Shown in pieces: positions 10,927 through 25,897 of a stretch of DNA of 64,000 nt. The position numbers were made by a program, and so were the translations under genes. How positions within the stretch are numbered: the stretch's first letter is position 1; the number at the start of each line of letters is the position of its first letter. Location of the stretch: assembly GCA_000004695.1 (NCBI GenBank), contig CM000154.2:4192001-4256000 (forward strand), given 5' to 3'. Under the pieces are notes generated by a model. The model saw nothing but the letters and a program-made list of their open reading frames with translations, ran no database searches and was not told the origin of the DNA. Source of the DNA: Dictyostelium discoideum. Taxonomy: Eukaryota.

Positions 10927-12042
10927 ACTAGATCAGAATTTGATAAAGAATGTAAAATATGTACTAGACCATACAATGTATATAGATGGAAACCAGGATC
11001 AAGTTCAAGATATAAGAGAACAGAGATTTGTAAAACATGTTCACAAGTTAAGAATGTTTGTCAAGCTTGTATACATGATTTAGAATTTGGATTACCAGTT
11101 CAAGTTAGAGATGCAGCATTAGCAGCAAATCAATTTGAAAACTCTTATGTTACAGATAAAGGTATTGAATACCAAGCAACTGAGAATCAACGTTTAATTG
11201 ATAACGGTTTAATATCATATGATAATTTTCAACCAAGTGATATCGTTACAAAATTAGCAAAAACAATACCAAAATCAAATTTTAATAATAGTAGTAATAA
11301 TAATAATAATAATAATAATAAAAATGATTCAAATGCACCAAAAATATGCTCATTCTTTCAAAAAGGTAATTGTAATCGTGGTGATGAATGTCCATATAGA
11401 CATGATTTAAATAGCAGCAATACAGAAATAAAAGATGGTGTAAATAAAATACAACAACAAAAACCACCAAAGAAACCAATCGATCAAAGTATAACAACAT
11501 TATTTTTAGGTAATTTAGAGTTTGATAAGATCACTGAAGATCATATTAAAAATAATTTATTTGTATTTGGTAATATTAAAAAGGTTAAATTAATTGAACA
11601 TCAAAAATGTGCTTTTGTAACATTTGAAACTCGTGAATCTGCTGAATCCGCAATAGATTCTTTATTTAATAATTTTAAAATTGATAATTGTGAAATTAAA
11701 TTAAATTGGAGTAAATCAAATAAACCACCACCAATTCAAAATACAAATAATAACAATAATAATAATAATTCATATCATCCTTATCAACATCCAAATAATA
11801 AAATAAATAATAATAATAATACAAATATAGAAAATACAGAAGAAAAAGAATTATATTCAGCAGCACCAACAGATAAACCAAAACCAATTACAATTATGAA
11901 ACCAATGGGAATTAAATCTTTCCCAACTTTTAAAATTAATCCAACTCCAACTTCTTCCTCCTCATCTTCATCAACAACTACAAATAAACCATACTACTCC
12001 TCAATGGATCCAAGTAATTATGGTAGTAAATATAGTTCATAA
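10927..12042 (+). CDS. rbm22: rbm22 exon 2 (371 codons). It holds ECKICTRPYNVYRWKPG...VCQACIHDLEFGLPVQVRD, the C3H1 zinc finger (CSFFQKGNCNRGDECPYRHD) and an RRM (TLFLGNL...CAFVTFETRESAESA).
   Basis: Acceptor AATAG at 10925-10926. The frame is stop-free to TAA at 12040-12042. This exon is absent from the ORF track because it has no in-frame start codon for 320 codons. Strong similarity to human RBM22. Confidence 0.85.
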   Translation, partial: TRSEFDKECKICTRPYNVYRWKPGSSSRYKRTEICKTCSQVKNVCQACIHDLEFGLPVQVRDAALAANQFENSYVTDKGIEYQATENQRLIDNGLISYDNFQPSDIVTKLAKTIPKSNFNNSSNNNNNNNNKNDSNAPKICSFFQKGNCNRGDECPYRHDLNSSNTEIKDGVNKIQQQKPPKKPIDQSITTLFLGNLEFDKITEDHIKNNLFVFGNIKKVKLIEHQKCAFVTFETRESAESAIDSLFNNFKIDNCEIKLNWSKSNKPPPIQNTNNNNNNNNSYHPYQHPNNKINNNNNTNIENTEEKELYSAAPTDKPKPITIMKPMGIKSFPTFKINPTPTSSSSSSSTTTNKPYYSSMDPSNYGSKYSS

Positions 12043-12120
12043 ATAAATAAATAAAATTTTAAAAAAACTCTATTCTTTTATAAATTTATTTATTTAAATT
12101 TTTATTATTTATTTATTAAT

Positions 12121-12175
<55 letters not shown>

Positions 12176-12425
12176 TTATTGTTATTTTTGATTAACCTAA
12201 AATTCTTGAAATGAAATTAATACAAATATGAGCCCACAATAATAAACCTCTTGATTTTGAAATCAACCATAATAAACCATATGATGATGAACAATGACAA
12301 CTTGAACATTCCCACCATTCTGAACATAAAAATGAAATCAAAATTGCTAATACGAAATGTGATAAACCTTGATAAATTTTATAAATTCTATTATCCTATT
12401 TTATTTATTTAAAATTTGTTTTATT

Positions 12426-13504
<1,079 letters not shown>

Positions 13505-14507
13505 CTCTCTCTCTCTCTTTTTTATTAATCAATTAATTATTGAACAAATAAAAAAAATAAAAAAAATAATAAAAAAATAAAAAAAGTGTGAAGTTTTTTC
13601 ATTTTTTTTTTTTTTATTTTTTTTTTATTTTTATTTTTATTTTTGTCATTTTAAAAAATTTGGAAGATCGTTGTTTGACTTTTTGAGGATAATAATAGTG
13701 TTTTTTAATTTTAAATTTAAAATTAAGGATTTGAATTGTTTAATTTTTTTTTAATTAACATAAAAATAAAAAAATAAAAAAATAATTAGTTTTTTTAATT
13801 TTTAAATTTTAAATTATTTATTATTTTATTTTTAACATTTTTATTTTTTTTTTTTTCTTGAAATAATAAGAGATATTTTTTTTTTTTTTTTTTTTAATAG
13901 ATTTTATTATATTAACACAACCACTAATTATTTATTAATAATTTTTTTTTTTTTTTTGTTTATTTTTTTTAAAAATAAATATGCGCCAAAATTTCAAAAA
14001 AAAAAAAAAGTAAGATCTCCCTAAATCCAACAACTAATTTTTGTTTTTTTCAAAAAAACCACCTTTTTTTTTTTTTTTTTTTTTTTTTATTTGTTTTTCG
14101 AATCACTAACATCACCACACTACATTTTAAATTTAATTCCAGATAACGGTTCATTTTTTTTTTTTATTAATATTGTTTTGTTTTTAATACTAGGGTGTGT
14201 GTTAATTAATAATAATTTATTTTATTTTTTTATTTTTATTTTTTATTTTTTTATTTTTTAATTTCATTAATTTTATTCTATGTGAACAGTCAAACTAAAT
14301 AATACCATATAATCAAACAAAACCAAAATCAAAATAATAATAATAATAATATAAAAAATTATATAAATATATATATAAAATAAAAAATAAAATTAAAAAA
14401 AAAAAAAAAACATATAATTTTATGCATATAATAATAATATAATATAATTTCCTACACATTTCATTAAACATAAAAGTTAAAAATTAAAAAACAAAAAAAA
14501 CAAAAAA
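13505..14507. promoter_or_regulatory. Divergent intergenic region between the GET2-like gene (-) and the S/T-rich gene (+).
   Basis: Gene starts at 13504 (-) and 14508 (+). Long A/T homopolymers. No specific motif could be assigned. Confidence 0.3.
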
Positions 14508-14606
14508 ATGTATTCAAAAGAAAAGTTAAGTACCATATCAAGGGATGACCTTTTAAAGATTTGTAGAAATAATAGAATTCATATTCTTTCAGCTGAAATT
14601 GAAAAG
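14508..14606 (+). CDS. Exon 1 (33 codons, MYSKEKLSTISRDDLLKICRNNRIHILSAEIEK) of a Ser/Thr/Asn-rich low-complexity protein.
   Basis: ATG at 14508. The donor GTAATG lies at 14607 and the acceptor TATAG at 14693-14697. The frame is continuous with the downstream ORF. Confidence 0.6.
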
Positions 14607-14697
14607 GTAATGCAAATACTCTAAAATAAATAAATAAATAAACAAACAAACAATATATTAATTAATGTATTTAAAAAATAAAAAAATAATTATATAG

Positions 14698-14865
14698 CCT
14701 GAATTAATTTCTAGTATCCTAAGATACTTTAGAAGACAATCAAGATATTTTCAACCACCAGAAACTAATAATAATAATAATGAATTAACACTTGATCAAT
14801 TAGAATCACCAACTACAACAGCAACAACAACAAATACATTAAAATCATCATCTGAAGTTTACCCA

Positions 14866-14913
<48 letters not shown>

Positions 14914-15809
14914 TCATTATATCCAACATTATTAGAGAATAATAATAATAATAATGAAAATAGTTTAATTAAATTATCATCATCACTTTCAAATTATTCA
15001 TTTAATGGCGAAGTATCAGCATATAAACCACCACCAGCAATACCGATTTCAGTTGCATTAGCAAGAAGAAAAACAATATTCAAGAGTAGTACAAGTAGTA
15101 ATTATAATAACTTTGAAATGACATTAGATTTAAATTCTTCAAATGTCGATTTAAATAATTATCAAAATACAGGTTCACATTGTACCGATGATAAAAAATC
15201 AATCATCAAAAATATTTTAAATAATAATTTATTAATTCAATCACAATCCCAACCATCATCAACTTCAACTAATAATAATAATAATAATACATTATTACAA
15301 CAATCGTCATCAGGTGCATTACCACCACTAAAATTTCAACCACCACCAAATGTTACTAGTAATATAGCTAGTACCGCCAATATGGTATTACCAACTAACC
15401 CTTCTGATATTTCATTTCAATCACCACTATCACCTTGTGCACAAAAAGAACAAGATTCTATCATTAATCAAATTGCATCATTGGATTTAACCAAAATTTC
15501 ACCAAGAAAAGTAGATTATAATATTAACAATAATGATAACAATAATACAAGCATAATTCAATCACCATTACAATCAGAAACAACAACAACACCATTGATT
15601 ACTTCAACACTATCATCACCATCAACATCATCACCAATGAAAGGTTCTACCAATAATTCTCCAAATACCAAAACTACAGCTTCAACAACAACTACAACCA
15701 CAACAACAAATAAATCACCAACATCAACAACTGTTGTACCAGTTCAAGCTGAAAATAGAAAAGATAGTTTTATGGCCTTCAAAAAGAGACTATCTTTAAT
15801 GAAATTAAA
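14698..15809 (+). CDS. Exon 2 of the same gene (PELISSILRYFRRQ ... poly-N, S/T-rich).
   Basis: Same frame as the track ORF at 15118..17622, with no stop between 14698 and 15118. The end at 15809 assumes the optional 111-bp intron. If that intron is unspliced, the exon is continuous to 17622. Confidence 0.55.
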
Positions 15810-15920
15810 GTTTGTGTCAAATTTTAAAAAAAACTTTATTTATTTCTTATTTATTTCTTTATTTATTTATAATAAGAGTACTAATACTACTTTTTTTTTT
15901 TTTTTTTTTGTTTTCAATAG

Positions 15921-16320
15921 GGATATGTCATCAAAAAAGAAAGCAACCACAACAAGTAGTAATGATACAAGATATGCAGAAACATCAAGACCAATTCCAA
16001 AATTAAATCCACATTTATCAAATAATAAACCAAAAGTGGCAACGCAACAACCAACAACAAATACAGCATCAAGAGTAACAAAGAGACCAGATTTTGATAA
16101 AATTCATCAAGCCGCTTTTGATAAATTACCTTCAATCGTTGATTATGAAGCAAAAAGAAAAGATCTATGGTTGAAATTAGGTTTTACAACTGTACCTCCA
16201 TTTGTTTCAAATAATAATGATACTACAATAACTACAACTGAATCAGATTCTAATAATACAAATGATAATAATAATAATATAAATGATAATAATACAGACA
16301 ATGATAATGAAAAAAAAAAA

Positions 16321-16370
<50 letters not shown>

Positions 16371-17622
16371 TCAATCAATTGATAGTCATATGGATATGTC
16401 AATTGAGAATAACAATAATAATAATACAACACCACCAAAACCAATACAGCCACAAATATTTAAACCTTCCTCAAATAATTTTAATCCAATTAATCCAATT
16501 ACACCAAAGAAAACAACAACTAATCCATTCCTTTCTTCAAATATTAATTTATCAAGTGTTAAAACTCCAACTAAATTTAAGTCTAGTCTTTCTAGTACAT
16601 TATCATCAATTCCACAAATGTCTTCAGCTGCAATCACTGAAGCTAATAAAACACCTTCAAAACATTCTTCAACAGTTTCATTATTAATGAATAAAAATTT
16701 TAATAATAATAATAATAACAATACACCTACAAATAATACTACTGCCTCAACTCCAACTACCATTACACCAACTTCAACTTCCACTACTTCTGCTACTTCA
16801 ACATCATCATCTTCTTCTTCTAAAACTACTACACCGGGAACTACTGCTGTTAGAAAACCCACCATTCCATCTTTTACATCAGCAACAACAAAACCATCAA
16901 GTAAACCAACAACTTCAACTTCTACTACCACTTCTTCAACATCATCTCTCTTTTCAAATAAACCAACAACCACTAGCACCACTGCATCATCAAAGTCAAC
17001 AACTGTAAATATGAAACCAACAACCTCAACCACTTCCAAATCCACATCAAGTACCACAATGAAACCAAAATCATCCACAACAACATCATCTTCATCTTCA
17101 ACTTCAGTAGCACCCACCACCGTTAGTAAATTACCATCATACGCTCAACCAACTTTTGCTTCAAATTTAAATTCAAAAGTTACACCAACAACTACATCCA
17201 CTAAATCATCTTTAACACCAAAAACTGGTATATTAAAATCAACAACACCAACAAGTTCATCTGAAAGATTGAAATCAAAATTATTATCAACAACAACATC
17301 ATCATCATCATCTTTAACACCAAAATCTTCATCATCAACTCAATCATCTCAATCACCTTTAACCAATATTACAAATACACCACCAAAAGAAACTTCAACA
17401 ACTACAACACCGAAATCAACAATTTTTGGTAATACAAAATCATCCTCTTCAACTACACCTTCATCACCTGGTAAAATAAAGAAAAGAAAGAGTATAAAAT
17501 CAACTGTTGTAATTTCAGGTACTGAAAAAAGAACAATAACACAAAAAAAGACATCTGATCAATCTCATGATTCTCTAATTCAAAGAAAAAGATTAGAACA
17601 ACAAGGGATAATTACAAAATAA
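15921..17622 (+). CDS. Exon 3 of the same gene. It is extremely S/T-rich and mucin-like, with a basic C-terminus (KKRKSIKS...QRKRLEQQGIITK).
   Basis: The candidate intron at 15810-15920 has a GTTTGT donor, a T-rich body and a CAATAG acceptor. It is a multiple of 3, so read-through would insert FVSNFKKNFIYFLFISLFIYNKSTNTTFFFFFFVFNR. Confidence 0.5.
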
Positions 17623-17814
17623 AATAATTTTAATTTTAAAAAAAAATATATAACTTTATTTCTAAATTAATTTTAAAATAAAATTAACTATTCTATCAAT
17701 TTAAATTTTATTGTTATAATTTTAAATTTATTTATTTATTTATTATTTCTTTTTTTTTTTTTTTTTTTTCTTCCATTGAATCATTATTATCATCTTATCT
17801 TAATTATTTAATAT

Positions 17815-18916
17815 TTATTCATCAACATTATCAAGGAAGAAATAATTACCAGCAGCTTTTTGTTCATTATCTTTGATTGAATTTAATTTGTTAATTCTTG
17901 GACGGAAATTGGATGGATCACGACGGAAAGTGATTTCGAGAGATTTAAGGAAAGAGTTCATACCAGTGAGGAGAGATTGTGGAGTATTAGCAACACAAGA
18001 GACACCTGGAATACCATCATAAACGATGACACGATCAGCTAAATAAGTGGCCATAATGAAATCGTGCTCTACGATGAAACCAGATTTACCAGCGTGAAGA
18101 ATGAATCTCTTGATGACTTTAGAGACGATAATACGTTGTTCAGAATCCAAATAAGCGGATGGTTCATCAATGAGATAGATATCAGCAGGTTGACCTAAAC
18201 ATAAAACGATGGCAACACGTTGTAACTCACCACCAGATAAATTGAGTACTTGATTGTCGATGATGTTTTCAATGTTTAATGGTTTAACGACATCGGATTG
18301 GAATTGTGGATGAAGGAAAGTGTTGCAAATACGTTTATTAATCAATTCTCTAACGGAACCTGGGAATTTTGGATCGATTTTTTGTGGTTTGTAACTGACA
18401 TTCAACTCTGGAACTTGAGCATCAGTATCGGATGGCATATGACCAGCCAACATTCTGATAAAGGTGGTCTTACCGGTACCGTTTTGACCCAACATAACGA
18501 TGATTTCAGAATCTGTGAATTGACCTGCTTTAATTTCCAATTTGAAGGTACCCATTGTTTTGGTCATATTTGGATATTTGTAGTTACAATGTTTCTTGAT
18601 CTCTTCTTCATTCTCTGCTGTCTCTGAGAATTTAAAGGTTAATGCATCCTTACGGAATCTCATATTCTCTGTGTGAATATAACCACTAAGGAAAATATTA
18701 ATACCTTCTCTAACAGAGAATGGTAATGTTACAACACCATAAGCACCTGGTGCTCCATAAAGACAACAAATAAAATCTGATAAGTAATCTAAAACACTAA
18801 GATCATGTTCAACTACAATAATATAATTTTGTGATTGAATTAAACCTCTAATAACTTGTGCTGCCTTTAATCTTTGTTTAACATCAAGATAACTTGATGG
18901 TTCATCAAACATATAA
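17815..18916 (-). CDS. abcE1: abcE1 (ABCE1 / RNase L inhibitor), C-terminal exon (from ...[16 protein letters not shown] to the end). It covers the twin ABC nucleotide-binding domains.
   Basis: Walker A (GQNGTGKTT), the LSGGELQR signature, and Walker B ([12 protein letters not shown]). Acceptor TATAG at 18917-18921 on the minus strand. Confidence 0.9.
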
Positions 18917-18985
18917 CTATAATAAAAAAAAAATATATAATATTATATATATATATATATATATAAATATATTAATATTTGATAT

Positions 18986-19051
18986 TGTTGTTGTTGTTGT
19001 TGTTGTTGTTGTGTTGTTGTTGTTGTTGTGTTGTTGTTGTTGTTGTTGTTG
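18986..19051. repeat. (GTT)n microsatellite, (AAC)n on the gene strand, inside the abcE1 intron.
   Basis: Tandem GTT units with two GTG interruptions. Confidence 0.9.
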
Positions 19052-19083
19052 ATTTAAATTTTAATTTCTTTAAAAAAACTTAC

Positions 19084-19793
19084 ACATCGGCTTTTTGAAT
19101 TGCAACAACAGCAATTGCAAAACGTTGTAATTCACCACCTGAAAGTACTGGTACAGTTTTATGAAGTGCTTCTTTTAAGTCAAGACAATCGATCATTTCT
19201 TGTTTATTATCTTTTTCAGATTTAGCATCGAGGATACTTGAGACTACACCAGTGACAGCCTTTGAAAGATTATCAACGTATTGTGGTTTGATGAGTGCTT
19301 TTAAATCTTCACCGAGAATTCTAGTGAAATAGGATTGAAGTTCATTACCACGGAAGAAAGAAATGATTTCATCCCAAGTTGGTGGATTATCGTAGAGACC
19401 TAAATTTGGTTTTAATTTACCAGCTAAAACCTTTAAGGCAGTGGATTTACCAATACCATTGGTACCTACTAAACCCAATACTTGACCTGGACGTGGTGTT
19501 GGTAATCTATGAAGTTTGAAACTGTTTGGACCATAACGATGTGTGGTTTCTTTGGTTAAATTCTTTGGTAAATTAATGATTTGAATTGCTTCGAATGGAC
19601 ATTTCTTTACACAAATACCACAACCATTACAAAGTTCTTCTGAAATGTATGACATCTTTGATGTTGGTTTAACTTCAATACAAAGTTTACCCATCTTTAC
19701 GACTGGGCAATACTTTTTACATTCTTGACTACATTTCTTTGGTTTGCATCTATCTGCATTTACAATTGCTATTCTAATTGCATCATCTGCCAT
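19084..19793 (-). CDS. abcE1: abcE1 N-terminal exon. It covers the Fe-S (4Fe-4S ferredoxin-like) domain and the first nucleotide-binding domain ([31 protein letters not shown]...).
   Basis: ATG at 19793. The donor GTAAGT lies at 19083-19078 on the minus strand, with the exon ending at ...GAT GT. The splice restores ...[15 protein letters not shown], matching human ABCE1 (...[16 protein letters not shown]). The total is 603 aa. Confidence 0.9.
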
Positions 19794-19903
19794 CTTTGTT
19801 TTTTATATATACTATTTGAAATAATTATATTTTTAATAAAATACAGTTACAATTATTTTAAATAATAATATTATTGTGCGTGTTATATAAAAACGAAGTA
19901 ACT

Positions 19904-19942
<39 letters not shown>

Positions 19943-19996
19943 ATGATTTTTTTTTTTTTTTACCGAAATTTTTTTTATTTTTTTTTTAAAAATAAA

Positions 19997-20027
<31 letters not shown>

Positions 20028-20336
20028 GTATCTCACACATTCTTATTTATTTATTAAAATTTTCTAATAAAAAAAGCAGTTTTTTTTTTTTTCTTTTTTT
20101 TTAATTAATTTTTATTTTTATTTAATTTTTTTAAACAAAATAATTATCAAAAAATTTATTAAAATAATTTATTTATTTATTAATTAATTTATTATTATTA
20201 TTCATTTATTTAAATAATAAATAAATATAAATAAATTAAATAAAAAATTAAAAATAAAATAAAAAAAATAAATAAAATAAAATAAAAAAAAAATAAAATA
20301 AATACCTTTTATTTTATTTTATTTTATTTAATTTTT

Positions 20337-22089
20337 TTAATCATCTCTATATTTTATATATTTTGAAATGAAATGAGTATCTAAATTTTTAATATAACGT
20401 GCATATCTATCACAATAGATTACATTTAAATTTTTTGGAATTGTATTAATATCAAAAATTGGTAAAAAACCATAAATATGAATATAATTTAAAGAAGATG
20501 GTAAACAATTGATTGGTGATAAATCAATTATTCTATTACTATAATTAATAATTGTTAAAGATTTTAAATTTGATGGTAAAATTGATGGACCTATTGCATT
20601 TGGATTATTAAAATTATAACATATTGTTAAATATTCTAATGAATTTGGAAAAGAAACTAAAGTTAATGGATGATTATAACCACCTAAATCTAATTTTTTA
20701 AGAGTACTCGGTAGTGATGATTTGTTTATTATTTGATTAAATCCACTACCAAATTTTAAAGTTTTTAATTTTTTATATATTTCATTAAATTCACTACTAC
20801 CACCACCATCACCACCACCACTATTAGGTATATTAATTAATTGATTATAATACCAACCAAATTTTAAAGATTTTAAATTATTTAATTGATTTTTAAATAT
20901 CAAATTATTTAATAAAGGTTGATTAAAATCTTGTTCAAATTTTAATTTTAAAAGATTACTAGGTAAACTATTTTCTTGAATAGCTTGATTGAAATTTACA
21001 CCAAATGATAATTTAGTTAATGACATTGGAAGTGAATTTTCATTTATAATTTGATTAAAATTATTACCAAATCTAATTGTTGATACATTCTCTGGTATAT
21101 CACCATCATTTAAAATATTATTAAATTCATTTTCAAATATTAATGTTGTAGTTGATCTTGGTATATTTAATAAATTATTATTAGAATTAATATTAAATTT
21201 TAAAGTTGTCACTGATTTTGGAATTGATTTTGGTTCAATTTTACCAAAATAATTTTTATTTAATTTTAAAGTTATTAAAGATATTGGTAATTTATGTTTA
21301 ATTAAAATTGGTTGTTGAAATGATGTGCAATATTCTAAATCTAAAGATTTAATTGATTTAGGTAACCATGTTGATTCTATTGTTTGTTTAAAATCTCTAC
21401 CTGTGAATGTTAAACTTGTAATATTCTCATGAAGTGTGAATTCAGTGAATGGTGAACTAAAAATAACATTATTAAATTCTAATTGTGTCAACGATTCTGG
21501 TAAACAATTACAATCGAGTTCAATTGAAAATCCAGTTCTAAATTTAATAGATTTTAAACCATTTAAAAATGTACCTTGTTTAATTTGTAATTTATCATTT
21601 CTATTATCCATTAAATTAATTGATGTTAAATAACTTTTAAATTTATAATTTTTATATTCTTCAATACCTTTAAAATTAATTTCAAATTTATGTAAATTAT
21701 ATAATCTCGAATGAAAAATTATTTCATTTCTTATAACTAAATTATTCCAAACTTTTTTAAATAAATTATAATTTTTATAATTAATTAATTCTTTATTATT
21801 ACTATTATTTTTATTATTATTATTACTATTTTCATTTATAATATGTTTTTTATTATTTATAATATATTTTTTATTATTTTCAATAATTATGAATATTGAA
21901 CAATTAAATTTTATTTTTAAAATATCATTACTATTATTATTATTATCATTATTATTATTATTAAAATAAATTTTATTTATAAAAGTTTCAATATTGTTAT
22001 TATTATTATTTTTATTTAATGATTTTAAATTATTTTTTATTAATTTAAATTGGAATTCATTTAACCCTAAATTATTTTCATAATCATTT
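20337..22089 (-). CDS. FNIP-repeat protein, exon 2 (584 codons). Repeats are of the LP.SLT.L.FG..FNQ type.
   Basis: The track ORF at 20337..21611 is only the part after the first ATG. The same frame is stop-free for a further 159 codons upstream to 22089 and has no start codon there. Typical FNIP-family text (FKKVWNNLVIRNEIIFHSRLYNL). Confidence 0.65.
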
Positions 22090-22162
22090 CTATATTTTTT
22101 TTCAGGGATGTTAATAATAATAATAATTTAATTAATTATTTAAAAAGTGTATTTTTATTTAC

Positions 22163-22317
22163 TTTTTAAAATTTTTTGAGAAAAAGCATTTTAAATTTTC
22201 AATGGAAATGTATAAACCATTAATTGATAGAATTGTGATACAATCTATTAATGAAAATTTATAATATGGTAACCCATCAACACTATTTATTAACCACTCG
22301 TAAACTATATTTTCCAT
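22163..22317 (-). CDS. FNIP-repeat protein, exon 1 (MENIVYEWLINSVDGLPYYKFSLIDCITILSINGLYISIENLKCFFSKNFK + 2 nt).
   Basis: ATG at 22317. The donor GTAAAT lies at 22162 and the acceptor TATAG ends at 22090. The phase-2 junction restores K-N-D-Y-E. Intron of 73 bp. Confidence 0.55.
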
Positions 22318-22688
22318 TGATGATCATCGTTCTTTTTTTTTTATTTTTAATTTTTTTATTTTTTTTTATTTTCTAAATTTCACAAAAAAAAACATTATTT
22401 TTTATTTTTTTTTATATTATTTTTTATTTTATAAATTTGGTAACAATAGCAGTGTGTGAGGGAAATTTGATGACTCAGTGCCAAAGGAAATTTAAAAGAT
22501 ATTTTTTCGAGCTTAAAAATTTTTTTTTTTTTTTCAAAAACTATTAATATCTTTTTTTTTTTTTTTTTTTAGTATAAGATTTATGAATTCCTTTGTTTTT
22601 TAAACTATTATTATTTTTTTTATTTATTTAATTTAAGATTTATGATTTCAATTGTTTTTTATATTATTATTATAATTATTACTATTAT

Positions 22689-22735
<47 letters not shown>

Positions 22736-22739
22736 TATT

Positions 22740-23347
22740 TTAGTTTGGGCAATTATTTCTAACTTTAACATGGCTTGAAATATCACAAGATTCTAGTGAT
22801 TGTTTAAATCCATCAAAAATTGTAATATTTTTAACAGTTTTTGGAATTGAACCAAATAATAAAGGTTGTTTTATATCATATAAAAATAATCTTTCAACAC
22901 CTTCTGGAAGAATACCTGGAGTTAAAGCATGATCAAAACCATCACCTAAAATTACATTCTTTACAGTTGATGGTATTGAACCAACAACTAATGGTTTTTT
23001 AATATTATAAAGATGTAAAAATTCAACACCTTCTGATATTAAACCCGGTGTTAAAACTTGATTAAAACTTTCATTAAATACAATTCTTTTAACAGTTGGT
23101 GGAATTGAACCAACAACTAATGGTTTCTTTATATCATAAATATGTAATCCTTCAACAGTTTCTGGTAATGTATTTGGTTCAATTGATTGGTCAAATCCAT
23201 CTAAAAGCATAACTGCAAATGTTTTTGAATTGAATTTGAATTTTGATATATCAGTACTTTTATTTCCAAATGCAATTCTTGTAAATTCATTTTCTAATGC
23301 ACAATCTGAATCACTTTCAATTTGTAAATAAAATTTAGAGTTTTTAT
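22740..23347 (-). CDS. C-terminal exon of the B-box zinc-finger / FNIP-like-repeat protein. It holds degenerate FNIP-type repeats (IPPTVKRIVFNESFNQVLTPGLISEGVEFLHLYNIKKPL...).
   Basis: The frame is open upstream of the track ORF at 22740..23210 with no start codon. The acceptor AAAG ends at 23348. It joins in phase with the upstream exon. Confidence 0.55.
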
Positions 23348-23438
23348 CTTTTTTTTTTTTTGGAAAAAAAAAAAATAAAATTAAATTAGTTTTTTTTTTT
23401 TTTTTATTTATTTTTTATTTCTATTACAAACTACTTAC

Positions 23439-25137
<1,699 letters not shown>

Positions 25138-25384
25138 TTTTTTAATATGAATTAAAAATATTATTTATTTTGATTTTGATTTTGGTATGAATAATTTTTT
25201 TTTTTTTTTTTATTTAATTTTGTTGTGTTGTTTTTTTTTTTTTTTTAATTTAATAAAAAAAAAAAAAAAAAAATGTAATTTATTATTATTTTTATTATTA
25301 TTTTTATTATTATTTTTATTATTGGTCATCTAGATTACCACTTGATTTATTGAGAAAATTATAAAATAATAATAATAATAAAAT

Positions 25385-25500
25385 GGGTTAAACCCCATAA
25401 ATAGTATTTATTTTTGGGGTTGGACACCCCCCCAAAAAAAAAAAAAAAAAAAAAAAGAAAAAAAAAGTCCTTTCCCCCCAATTTTTCAATTTTAATCTAA
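25385..25500 (+). promoter_or_regulatory. GC-rich island with a DUSE-like motif (ACCCCATAA at about 25393-25401), G and C runs (GGGGTTGGACACCCCCCC), and a CCCCCCAATTTTT motif.
   Basis: The DUSE consensus [AT]CCCA[CT]AA precedes Dictyostelium ncRNA genes by about 60 bp. The island is compositionally unlike the flanking desert and shares motifs with 58440-58560. Confidence 0.25.
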
Positions 25501-25897
25501 AAATGAAAACAGTGATGTTTTTATTTTTTTCATGGGATTTAAATCTTCATACCAATTGGGATATCCCACTGTTAAAAAAAAAAAAAAAAAAAAAAAAATA
25601 TTGTGAATAATCAAAAATAAAAAATAAAAAAAAATAAAACAAAAAAATTTTTTCTATGAACTTTTTTTTTTTTAATAATGGTAGAAAATCATTTATTTTT
25701 AGAAAAAAAAAATCTAGTGAATATTATTATTATTTTTTTTTTTTTTTCAAATATCACAAGAGATAACCAGATTACTATGGTGAAACTTTTTTTTTTTTTA
25801 AAAAAAAATTAAAAACAAAAGATTAAAATAAAAGGAGTTATTTTATGAATACATGAAGAATTTAATATTTTTTTAATTTATTTTTAATTTTTTAATT

